A DNA stretch of 64,000 nt, taken from the NCBI GenBank assembly GCA_004022145.1, contig RCNU01000007.1; one strand, 5' to 3'. Origin of the DNA: Paecilomyces variotii. Taxonomy: Eukaryota. Positions within the stretch are counted from its first letter, which is position 1; each line of letters opens with the position of its first letter. This document shows positions 53,301-64,000 of this stretch, piece by piece. The position numbers and the translations under genes were made by a program. Below the pieces are notes generated by a model. That model was not told the DNA's origin. It saw nothing but the letters and a program-made list of their open reading frames with translations, and searched no databases.

Positions 53301-56300
53301 TGCCAACTTCAAGTCGCTGCGGAGTCTCAATATGTCCTCCAATAGCTTCCAGGAAATCCCTGAGTTTCTTGGAAACCTCAAAACTCTTGTTGATCTCGAT
53401 GTCAGTTTTAATAACATTCGCAAGCTTCCAAACATTGGAAATCTCACAGCTCTGGAGAGGTTGTGGGTAAATAACAACATGCTGAGCGGGGAACTTGACG
53501 GAAGCTTCAAAAACCTGATCAACCTCAAAGAAGTCGATGCTCGTTTCAATTCGATCGTCAACATCGACACTTTGTCCCAACTGCCGCGTTTAGAGCAGCT
53601 TCTCCTCGGTCACAACTCGATTTCCAAGTTCAGGGGCTCTTTCTCAAAACTGCGGACTCTGGTCGTTGATCATTGTCCGATCACACAGTTTGATGTGGAC
53701 TCGCCGATTCTGACGCTCACATCACTCAATATTGCCTCGGCAAAGCTTGTGCATTTCAACCAATCGTTCTTTGACAATCTCCCAAATTTGACAAAGTTGA
53801 TCCTTGACAGGAACCACTTTATGTCCCTGTCACCTCACATTGGCAAGCTTCGGAAGTTGGAGCATTTCAGTATGATCAAGAACCCACTTTCCTCTTTGCC
53901 AGCTACCATAGGATGTCTCGTTGAGCTCAAGTATCTCAACCTCCGCGAATGCAACCTGAGTCGACTACCCGCAGAGATTTGGTATTGTCTCAAATTAGAG
54001 ACTCTTAATGTTTCGTCCAACGTTTTGGAGAGTTTCCCCAGGCATACCAGTCAACCCCCTCAGCCTCCGGGAGAGCAAGGAATCCCTACGCCAGCTTCCA
54101 CTCCAGGCGTGTCAGGCACCCCAAGCTACGAAGAGCTTGGAGATCTTGAGGATTTCAGTGCAAGACGTCCAAGCCAATCCGGCGCCTCGCACTTGAACCC
54201 GGGAACATCGGGGACAAGTGTCTATCGGAAAGGTTCCACAGCCTCATCAAACTTTGGAGGAACGAGAAAGGTGTCTTCTGCTTCAACCATTTCACGCTCA
54301 GCTACAGATGCGACGTTGTCTTCGCGAAAAGACTCCAACTTTTCGCAACGGCTCGCAACCACTTTTGCCGGGTCACTTCGAAACTTGTATCTTGCGGACA
54401 ATCGCCTTGAAGATGATATCTTCCGTGAATTGTCGTTGCTTCCAGAAATCCGCATACTCAACCTCTCTTACAATGAGCTTACGGAATTGCCACTGGGAAT
54501 CCTCAAACGTTGGCAATTTCTCTCGGAGCTTTATCTATCTGGAAATGAACTGACTTCCCTGCCATCCGACGATCTCGAAGAGACCAGCAATCTCAAGACC
54601 CTCCATATTAATGTTAACAGGTTCCAAGTACTCCCAGCTGAGCTTTGCAAAGTTAGCAAGCTTTCTATCCTAGACGTGGGTAGCAACGCTCTGAAGTACA
54701 ATGTTTCTAATTGGCCTTACGATTGGAATTGGAACTGGAATCATAACTTGAAGTACCTCAATTTCTCAGGGAACAAACGACTGGAAATCAAGCCTAATGT
54801 AGCTTCGGTGGGAACAGTCGCCAATGGGGCGGAGCTCACAGACTTCAACTCTCTCCCACATTTGAGAGTCCTTGGCCTCATGGATGTGACCTTGACGATT
54901 CCCACGATTCCAGAAGAGACCGAAGACCGACGTGTCAGGACGTCCGCCACTCATACCGGGGCCCTTGCTTATGGTATGGCGGATTACCTGGGGAGAAACG
55001 AGCATCTTTCGATAATCGATATGATGGTGCCTCGCCTTCGGCCGGATAATATGGAAACAGTTGTCGGTATGTTCGACGGTCAATGTCCATCAAGCGGCGG
55101 TTCCAAGATAGCCAAATTTTTGCACGAAAACTTCACTTCTGCATTTGTCGACGAGCTCAAGAAGCTACAGATAGACAATCATGAAACACCGCTGGATGCA
55201 TTGAGGAGAGCGTTCCTGTCCCTCAACAAAGACATGGCAGCAGCGGCGTATAAGTCGATCGATGACCGAGAGATTCGTCGGTATCATCGAGGCTCTGCTT
55301 CAGCGAAGCTGCTGAATCAAGACGACATCAACATGGGGGGTGTTGCAACCATATTGTTTCTGCAGAACATGGATCTCTATGTGGCCAACGTCGGAGATGC
55401 TCAGGCTGTCCTTGTCAAGTCAGACGGGTCGTCCAGGCATCTGACGCGTTTCCACGATCCTGCAGAATCCCATGAGAGAGCTCGGATACGCGCTGCTGGT
55501 GGCTTCGTTTCGAGAAATGGGAAACTCAATGATGTTCTCCCCGTCTCTCGCGCCTTCGGCTATTTCCCAATGATGCCGGCAGTCATTGCTGCACCCCATA
55601 CTGTGCGGGTCACACTCTCTGAGCAGGACGAGATGATCATTGTCGGATCTCGGGAACTTTGGGACTTTGTAACCCCGGATGTGGTTGTTGATGTCGCCAG
55701 GGCCGAACGCAGAGATTTGATGATCGCGGCGCAGAAGATTCGCGACCTTGCCATCTCATTTGGGGCCACCAATAAGTTGATGGTCATAATCCTCGGCGTC
55801 GGTGAGCTTAGAAAGCGTGAGAGATACAAGTTCAGAGGCACTAGCATGTCTATGGGTCCCTCATCCTTCCTAGATGAATCAATCGTACCGAGTTCGAAGC
55901 GAAGCAAGAAGCCACGTGATGGTCCCGGTGATTCGCGGCTCGCTCGATTTGAGCATGTTGATGCCCCTGTGGGCGAGCTTGCTATTATCTTCACTGACAT
56001 CAAGAAGTCGACCTCGCTCTGGGAAACCTATCCTGACGCTATGCGCTCTGCAATCCAGATTCACAACGACATACTGCGTCGGCAGCTCGGAATTATTGGT
56101 GGGTACGAGGTCAAGACAGAAGGGGATGCTTTCATGGTGGCATTCTCTACTACCACTGCTGCTCTCCTTTGGTGCTTCAACTGCCAGACTCAACTGCTCG
56201 AAGCTGAATGGCCCACTGAAATTCTCGAGCAGCCTCAGTGTGCGGAACGCTATGATAGTGACGGCAACATCATTTTCAGGGGTTTGTCTGTCCGCATGGG

Positions 56301-57325
56301 TATCCACTGGGGTGAGCCCGTGTGCGAAAAGGACCCTGTTACAAACCGCATGGACTACTTTGGGCCCATGGTCAACCGCGCATCCCGAATTAGTGCTGTC
56401 GCCGATGGTGGCCAAGTCTTCGTGTCTTCCGATTTCATGAGTGACATCCAGCGTAACCTTGAGGCTTATGCTGACAGCGAACGCTCTGCATCTACCGGAT
56501 CAAGCGAATCATATGTGGATCCTATTGGACAGAACATTCGTCGCGAGCTCCAACAGCTCAATAGCCAAGGGTTCGTGATCAAAGACCAGGGAGAACGCAA
56601 ACTGAAAGGGCTTGAGAATCCCGAGCCTGTCTATCTCATCTATCCCCACTCGCTTGCTGGTCGCATTGCGGCCATCGAAAGCACCAAGCCGGAAGAAGGC
56701 GACACGCCAGCTACCATTGCTAGGAGCTCCCAGCTGGAACTGCAGACAGACTTGATCTGGCGCCTCTGGGAGATCACTCTTCGCTTGGAGAGACTCTGCA
56801 GCTCTCTGGAAGATCCAGTGGATACGCGTCTCAAAGAGCCAAATGTGGCTCTTTTTAATGTTGTCAAGAACCGCGGCGGTGAGCTTGCAGACTCGACTGT
56901 ACTGAGTCTTGTCGAGCAGCAGGTGACCCGCATTGAGGTGAGCAACTAAACGGTCTACAATGCCTTTAATTGAGCCATATTGCTGACATCCGCAGGCATG
57001 CGTCAATACACTATCAGTGCGTCATATGATGCGCCCATTCAAGCCAGGCGACAAGCTTGAGGACCACGCTGTGCCTATGGGCGAGATCATGCGAGAACTT
57101 CAAACACAACTGGCTGAGTTTAAGGCTCTTAAGGAGCAGCTCAGCGTTAGCACATCTAGCCTTCCTCGACCTCTAGCCAACTTCGTCGAGGCGGTTACTC
57201 TTCCTCACAGCCCCTCAAGTGGAAATAGCCGAGCGAGCTCCGTGGCTTCACTCCGCAACCGAATCCTACCATCCGCATCTCCCACTCAATTTTCCGACGC
57301 TCAGAACACAGATTCTACAGACTAG
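50318..57325 (+). CDS. cyaA: Adenylate cyclase (~2141 aa; Ras-association, LRR, PP2C-like and class III cyclase domains)
   Basis: Exons 50318-50499, 50800-51466, 51691-56937, 56996-57325. PLPSSEVTPW motif, FIRIFRIDSTF (RA), long LRR array, NWPYDWNWNWN, PP2C VANVGD..SRAFG, catalytic FTDIKKST, EVKTEGDAFM, DYFGPMVNRASRI. First exon less certain. Confidence 0.97.
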
Positions 57326-57917
57326 CGTCTCTTTGACCTCATCTATTGCCGGAATGGGAAAGTCTCAGGATGCTTTACGTCCTGTCTCCCTTCCCTCTTA
57401 TTTCCTATTATTTATTTTTCTTAAAATTTAATCGGCGTCTCTTGGATTCACTGGGATATCAAGCATGGGATCCTATCGACTATAAAGGGAGCTTGGCTGG
57501 CACTATGGCATTTCCCTGTTCTTTTCAAATCAATGCTGCTTGACTTCACTAAGACCCCTTCACGACGGTTGTTAAGGATGTTGCATGGCATGACCTGGGG
57601 GCGCTTTGGTGCAATCATGACCTTCGTTTTTTCTATGAGCCTGCATTCGGTAGCGGTGTCGGCAGCAATGTATTTGCATCGGTGGGTGGGAGCGTATACT
57701 TCGAGCGGGGTGATCAGTACCCTTTTGGTGTTTTCTTAGGAGAGTCTTTCTCATGGAAGGAAATCTATCTAAATACTAGTTCTTGTATCTGCATCCTCCT
57801 TGGGACTAGGTAAATTTGTGGTAGAACAAGGCAGTTTCACTGGTTTTCTATGAACTGCTGTATTACTATGTATAGATAAGAGACCTACAGAAGCATGTAT
57901 CGTTGCGGCGGTGGCGA

Positions 57918-57935
57918 GTGCATCACGTGATGCAC
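57918..57935. promoter_or_regulatory. Perfect 18-bp palindrome centred on an E-box (ATCACGTGAT) upstream of src1
   Basis: GTGCATCACGTGATGCAC read directly; function as a bHLH site is inferred. Confidence 0.45.
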
Positions 57936-58509
57936 GGCTGCATGCTTTGGTGTTTACTGACGTCGTCGTCGCTTCTGCAGGACAATTTCAAGTCGTCATC
58001 CTCATCCATTCTATTCTCTCTTGTTTCTATCATTGCATCTCACATATTCTATATGATCAGGAAGATTTGCTGCATAATTTGGGCCCTTGAACTCCTGTGA
58101 AAAATACAAGAGCCCACTGGCCCTGGCTGAAGCGCTCACGATATTGGTCCGTACGCGGTCGGTCCTACGCCCACTTCCGCTTGTTGCCCTGGCTACCGCT
58201 GTGACTGTAGGTGTTTTTTTCCCTTCATCTGCAAGCGAGCTACTGTACATTGACCACCAAATAGTGTCTTGCAGTTTAGATTCCGCTCTGCGCTTGGTGA
58301 GCAAAAAGGACAAACGTGGGAAAAAGGACGAGACAACGCCTAGGTGGACCACGTCTTTCCTTCGTCCTTGCATACGGTCTGGTCGTGCTGCATATCACGC
58401 AAGAAATCAGACGCGGAGGCCACTCTGCACATTCCCCGGAGATCCTTCATCAATTTTACTTGAATTAGACACTGTGCAGAGCCATTGTTTGGCGACCGCC
58501 CGTCTCACC

Positions 58510-60851
58510 ATGGCTTCAGGCTTCGATGACCTGGAATACCTGTCTCCAGACTTTGACCTCAACAGCCTCACCGTTCCCCGCATACGAGCTATCCTCGTTA
58601 GCCACGATGTCTCATACCCGGCGTCGGCCAAGAAGGCACAGCTCATTCGGATCTTGCAGGATGAGGTGCTCCCTAAGGCGCAGAGGTTGTTGCGCGATCG
58701 CGAGCGTGTGAGGAGAACAAGTGAGGGCATCACGGACATGAGCAGCCGGGAAACATCGGTAGTGAATGAGGATAATGATGCATATGGTCATGATCGCGAT
58801 TCAATGCCACCGCCGCCCACACCGTCAACGACGACTTCTACCAGGAGGGGACGAGGCAGACAGAGTACGAGAGCCTCAACTGCCGATACAGAGAATGAAC
58901 CCCCCTACCTCACTCCCTCCACGGCTTCAGGAAGGAGAACAGCTCGTACCGGCGCAACGAAGCACCCGCGCGCATCCGACACAGAGACCGGTGAGGATGT
59001 CCTGACGACTCCTGTCGCTCGACGTAGCGCTTCGCCAAGAAAATCTACGGCGAGAAAGCTACGGAAGAGTGAGGCTATTCCATCTACTGAGCCACTGACG
59101 AACACGCACCGGACACCGTCACCTATCAAAACGGAGCCTCACGACGATAGTGTTTTCACCGATGATAACCCTTTCCAGAGTGGAAGCCCGAGCCCTTGGG
59201 ACCATCCAAGAGCGTCCATGTCTAGCCGGTCACGAAAGAGCACATCACGGTTATCATCTGAGAGCGCTTTTGCCAGAGAAGAGCGAAAGAAGCGGAAGTC
59301 AGAAGGCCCCATTAAGATCAAGCAAGAAGACGGTGTCGATGTGCCTACCAGGACTACGTTTGAGTTCCCCGTTTCTCGACTGAGGAAATCTTTGGAAGAG
59401 GAGATCGAAGAAGAGGATGAGGGAGACGATGAAGACGTCAGTGCCGGAGAGGAGTTTACTCCAGAAGAACAGTTGGCACTGGACCAAGAGTTCGCCAATT
59501 CGCATCACCCGGTCTCGCGTCGGCAAAAGCCTCGGAAGCAAGGTACTGTCAGCAAGGCCGCTTCTTGGCTTGTCATTCTCTCACTTGTCAGTGGCTTCGG
59601 TGCGTGGTGGCGGAAGGAAAAGATCGAGATTGGCTACTGTGGGATTGGCAAAGAAACATGGTCGTTGGCGGATACCAATGTGCCGCAATGGGCCAAGATC
59701 CTCGAACCTCAGTGTGAGCCTTGCCCGCCGCATGCATTCTGTTACCCGGATTTCAAGGCAGAATGTGAAGAGGACTTTGTTCTAAAACCGCACCCACTAT
59801 CACTAGGAGGTTTAGTGCCTCTCCCGCCGACATGCGAGCCAGATAGCGAAAAGGCGCGCCGTGTCAAAGCGGTTGCCGACAGGGCTGTAGAGGAACTTCG
59901 AGAGCGCAGAGCTAAGTACGAGTGCGGTGAGCTCAAGGAGGATAGCAAAAGGGCCAGGTCTGCCGGCATTGCGGAGCCAGATCTCAAGAAAGAAGTGTCA
60001 AAGAAAAGACGGAAAGGAATGAGTGATGCGGAATTTGACGATCTCTGGAAAGGCGCATTGGGAGAGATCATTGGACGGGATGAAGTCGTCGCTGAATCGA
60101 AGGGGTAAGTATTGCTGTTTCCGTTATTCTAATAACCTTGTCTGATCCTGAATTTGTATGCGGGGACAAGAAAAGACGATAATTCTGACCTGTGTAACGG
60201 AACTAACAGAGACCTCCACGCTATGACAGACCAACCGACTCCCTCACTCTCACGTCAACTTCCCTCGCACGTCTCCCCATCGTCTGTGCCTTCCGCCGCC
60301 ACCTCAGACTTTCTCTCCTCGCATATCGACTCCCTATTTCGATTCTAGTCATGTCTATTGCAGCTCTTGCGTATGCTCGCTCTCGTGTGCTGGCACACCG
60401 TTCGGACATGGCGCGCGTTCCAGAGCTCGTAGCCACGACTCTTGACCGTCTGGCTACACAGGCCGCGTTGTATGCCCGTGGAGATGCCAGGGAGCCCTGG
60501 GTTCCTATTGGCCAACTGCGTGATGATGTTCTGCGGACCGAGCTTCAGGGCAGTCGACGTGAAGCGCTCTGGAAGCGTGTCCGCAGTGTAGTCGAAGGGA
60601 ACGCTAACGTCCGTGCAGCTGTTCGTGAAGGCCGCGGAGGTGATGTCTCCCGAGTCTGGGAGTGGATTGGAGGCATTGGTGGTGTTGGGAGTGACCTAGA
60701 GAGCAGTGCGCGAAGGGAGAGCGGCAAAGTCCGTTTCTCTCTTTCTCCTGGAGAGGACAATATTCCCCGTGCGGATGGGAATGGCGAGAGCAGCGTCGGA
60801 CGGAGCCCTCGAGAATCCAGAAGATGGGACGAGGGACGGCCTGTTTACTGA
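58510..60851 (+). CDS. src1: Inner nuclear membrane LEM/HeH protein Src1/Heh1 (MAN1 family)
   Basis: Exons 58510-60104 and 60230-60851; HeH YLSPDFDLNSLTVPRIRAIL, VFTDDNPFQ, TM1, luminal GYCG..CEPCPPHAFC..PTCEPD, TM2, MSC domain QLRDDVL..LWKRV..VEGNANVR..WEWIG. Confidence 0.93.
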
Positions 60852-61852
60852 TTACTTGATTTGTCTGTGTTATTATATCTTTTTTCTTCTTTGTGCATTG
60901 ATAACCTGATCTTTTTCTTGTGAATTTGACTTACAAAGAGCACGCTCCATACCCAGGCCGTGTTGGATAATGGCAACATTTCTTATGTTCTTAATACTAC
61001 GGTGGTTTCCTTTCAGTTTGGTTCCATCCTCTGCTCCTTTCTCGGGGGTCCTCCGCGTGATATACCCTCTGTAGAGCTTGACAAAGTGATATCTTCTACC
61101 CAAATCAAACGGTGATTATGTTGTTTCCCGCCTTGTATCCAGCCGAGATAGCTCCTCTGTACAGTAGGGTTGTATCCTTAGAAGAGAGCCTCCTTTAGCG
61201 CACTTTCTCAATTACTTAGCAACTTCCCGTCCGTCCTAGTCGGGATGTCAATACGCAACACATCAAGCCCTGGGGCTCTATTTGTCAGAACAAAACTACT
61301 ACTACGAAGCCACTACCATCTTTTTTGACATCTATAGAGTCATCAGAGAGTTATGAGACGCTTTTGTACGAAACAGGGATGGTCCCTGCATCCTGTGGCA
61401 TTGACTAATATGTATGCCCTCTTGATCAATGGACTCGGGCTGCCTTCCCCTTTCTCCTTCTTGCCTATCCATGTTCTCTTCATATCCCATCTAAAAAGAG
61501 ATCAAGCGACATTTGCACCTTGGTACCAAATTCTGACCTGGGATCTGCTTTTCTGCATCGGCCCATTAACGATTATTCAGATTAGTCTAGTGTACCTTCA
61601 GTTTGGACTTGCGCAATGCACTAACGATGGCTCCGGTACGGGGACCTGACAGTGAATAAACTCAGCGATCTTCATTCACCGATGGAGTCTCGATCTGAAC
61701 GATTTATAATTCGTCTTTCACATTGAATTGGTGCTCTCTTCAATGGTCTGCCTGCGGGCTTCGGTGTCGCCTCCTTGACACGTGATGACGGACGCGATCT
61801 GCCTAAAGCTGCGATTCGCCTTTGCTGCTCTGCATGGCTCCATTGTTGCGAA

Positions 61853-61870
61853 AGAGAGAGAGAGAGAGAG
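61853..61870. repeat. (AG)9 microsatellite
   Basis: Read directly in intergenic DNA. Confidence 0.9.
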
Positions 61871-62849
61871 AAAGGAACTCAGTCTACGATAAGAGGGGTT
61901 TGAATCACAGTGGCAAGACGGGCCATAGGCATTCCTTTCGCGGATCGACGGTCATAATGCCTCCTGATCCCACAGCTCTTGCTGTATCTTTGGACGTGAG
62001 AATTGAACAAGTCCGTCACGTTCTTGTGAGGATGCGTCGTTTATCGAACCAGCAGCATACGTATGAGAGCGAGGCTTGGGACTATCCCTCAATATCTGCA
62101 GAAGCGTTTCACGTCGAACGGTGTCTGATCCAGTGTCCTTTTAGCAAGCAACCCGATAGCATCGTGACTCGCCGGGAAGTGAACCAGCCTATCAAAGGAT
62201 ACCGGAAGATATATCCGTACTAACCATGAGTTCATTGCTCCCGCCCCGTCGTCCGCTTGCGCAGTTTGGGTGTCAAATGGGTCTGGGCGACGGTTTCGTC
62301 CTGACAATCAATTGGAAATCCCACAGTAAGGGTTGATGTCCCCGCTGGGCTATTTCCGCCGGTTCGCCAGCCTGGTGCTCAGACAGAAACGAACCTTGAG
62401 TCCTACGAAAACCATGAGTGGGTGGTTGTTTACTCCGTCTGCTTTGAGTCGCCCAGACGTCACGACAACAAATTAAGCCGTCTCGGATTGAGTTCAAGAC
62501 GGCTGCCCAGCTGTGCCTCAATGTCATATGTCTAAGTATGGTACTCGCCGCTCAAGCTAAGACTGGTTCAAAAAAGAGGCCTTGGAACACGCACAAACGC
62601 ATGCCGTTGCGATTTCTTTTTCTGGTCGGTTACCATGCGCGAATGAAGCCCTAGTGCGGATCAAGGGCCTGGGTCTCCAATTTGTCATGACAGGACAGTC
62701 AAGTCTTGTACTTCAATATCCCCTACCCCTCCTGGGCCAACACCGAACGGAGGAGGGGCCATTATATAAACGCCAAGGCAGACCCAAAAGACTGCCTTGG
62801 TCACTCCAGGCCCTGCAAAACAAGGACTTCAAGCTGGGCGCTGTCGATT

Positions 62850-63446
62850 ATGCCACTACAAGGAGCCAGGCCGCTCCGTGCTCTGGCCCCTCGGACGACG
62901 TTGACTCCTGAGAGCGGCACGCCAGGGCCAGCGACGGAGGAGAGCAAAATCAAGAGGGCCTCAACCACTTGCAAAGAGTGTAAACGACGTCGGACAAAGG
63001 TACAGTCTTCGCTCCTCCCATTCCTCTGAACCTAGTTCTCCGATTTTTCTGGTTTGGCGGGTGAAAGGTGTGTTGTCTGATTCCATCATGTCCTGGCGCA
63101 GTGTAGCACCGGAAACCCGTGTACAGAATGTGCCGCTCACGACCGCGAATGTGTTTACGATGAATCTGCCGACAAACGACGTAAGGTTGCCGCTAAACGT
63201 GCGCAAGAGCAATTAGATTATTACAGGGGCCTTTTGGAACGCCTTCTCGAGTCCATCCGGTATTGTGAACGGGCAGAGGTCGACCATATTGTTGCGGTGA
63301 TTCGTGGTGGTGCGTCGTTGGATGATATTTCCGCGGTTATAGAACAAAGTTTGGTACGTCGGAAGCATACCGATGAGGAAAGAGACCAGGATTACGAGGA
63401 CGAGGAAGAAGATAGCGACTTGATGGATGATGTGCTGGAAGGTTAG
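62850..63446 (+). CDS. Small Zn(II)2Cys6 DNA-binding protein (164 aa; may extend via a third exon to 63671)
   Basis: Exons 62850-62999 and 63102-63446 reconstitute CKECKRRRTKCSTGNPCTECAAHDRECVY, a coiled coil and an acidic tail. The stop lies within a donor-like GTTAGT at 63442. Confidence 0.85.
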
Positions 63447-64000
63447 TCAACCGACGGTGATCCGGTCTCACACTGATTGCGGAGAACGCAAGTTAAACGT
63501 GGAACTCATCATAGACGTTCCATGATGCCCTTCTCTTCCTTACGGGCGCGACCATGGCGACGATATCGACATCAGTACCGAAACCATTTAACGTCGTCAT
63601 TCTGCCGGTCCAATCTGTGTCGTCTTGATTCGGCCAGAGTATCCAATAAGGTGGTCTTCGGGGAGTCATAATCTGCTTCTTGAGAATGGCAATATAAAGA
63701 GCGGACAATTGCTCTTCGTCACAGGCCTAGCACGTATATGGATCGGAGCTAGCCATGGTACAATGTTCAGGCATCTTTGTTGAATTCCGAGATAGCTTCG
63801 TGGCCCGCCGATACTTCAGTGATATTTCGTTTCGAGGATGCGGCATACGCCCGGCGGATCAGACAAGCCAGATGTATCGACACTGCAGAGCTCTAGATTG
63901 AGAAGCGGGTCGGGAAACTCCGAGTCTCAGAACGATAATGGAACAGAGGCGGATGAAGAAAGATATAAGCCAACTGGCGGGAATTAAATTTATGCCAGCC

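Noticed and set aside
58087..58509. 141-codon in-frame N-terminal extension of src1 in the ORF track
   Set aside because: Begins at TTG and is not protein-like; the ATG at 58510 has good context and directly precedes the HeH domain.
61100..62800. Short ORFs in the src1-Zn2Cys6 intergenic region
   Set aside because: No recognisable domain or consistent exon chain.

Overview
Eukaryotic (filamentous ascomycete, Eurotiales-like) genomic DNA with spliceosomal introns. I rebuilt the gene models by hand from GT..AG sites and reading frames. The window has two parts. (1) An accessory-looking left arm, 1 to ~18.2 kb. It holds a giant ~3136-aa DUF6606/DUF3638/DUF3645 protein with a full set of SF2/SecA-like ATPase motifs, a convergent, apparently disrupted HNH-nuclease gene carrying extra ~160-180-bp segments, and an orphan AlcR-like Zn2Cys6 regulator. 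(2) A gene-dense housekeeping region, 18.3-61 kb: Ufe1/syntaxin-18, noxR, SOD copper chaperone, CDK11-like kinase, Ser-rich hypothetical, RRM protein, NDUFAF7/MidA methyltransferase, Cdc25-like rhodanese phosphatase, mitochondrial bS21, a type-I membrane protein, glucose-6-phosphate isomerase, class I GATase-like protein, Snu71/RBM25, an SDR, tRNA-Ala(CGC), adenylate cyclase and Src1/Heh1. A very small Zn2Cys6 gene follows near the right edge. The best candidates for something new are the giant ATPase/HNH island and a tandem branchpoint/acceptor pair in src1 that would give a truncated isoform. No transposase, Starship captain recombinase, rRNA or CRISPR array is visible. Family calls come from motif recognition, not database searches.
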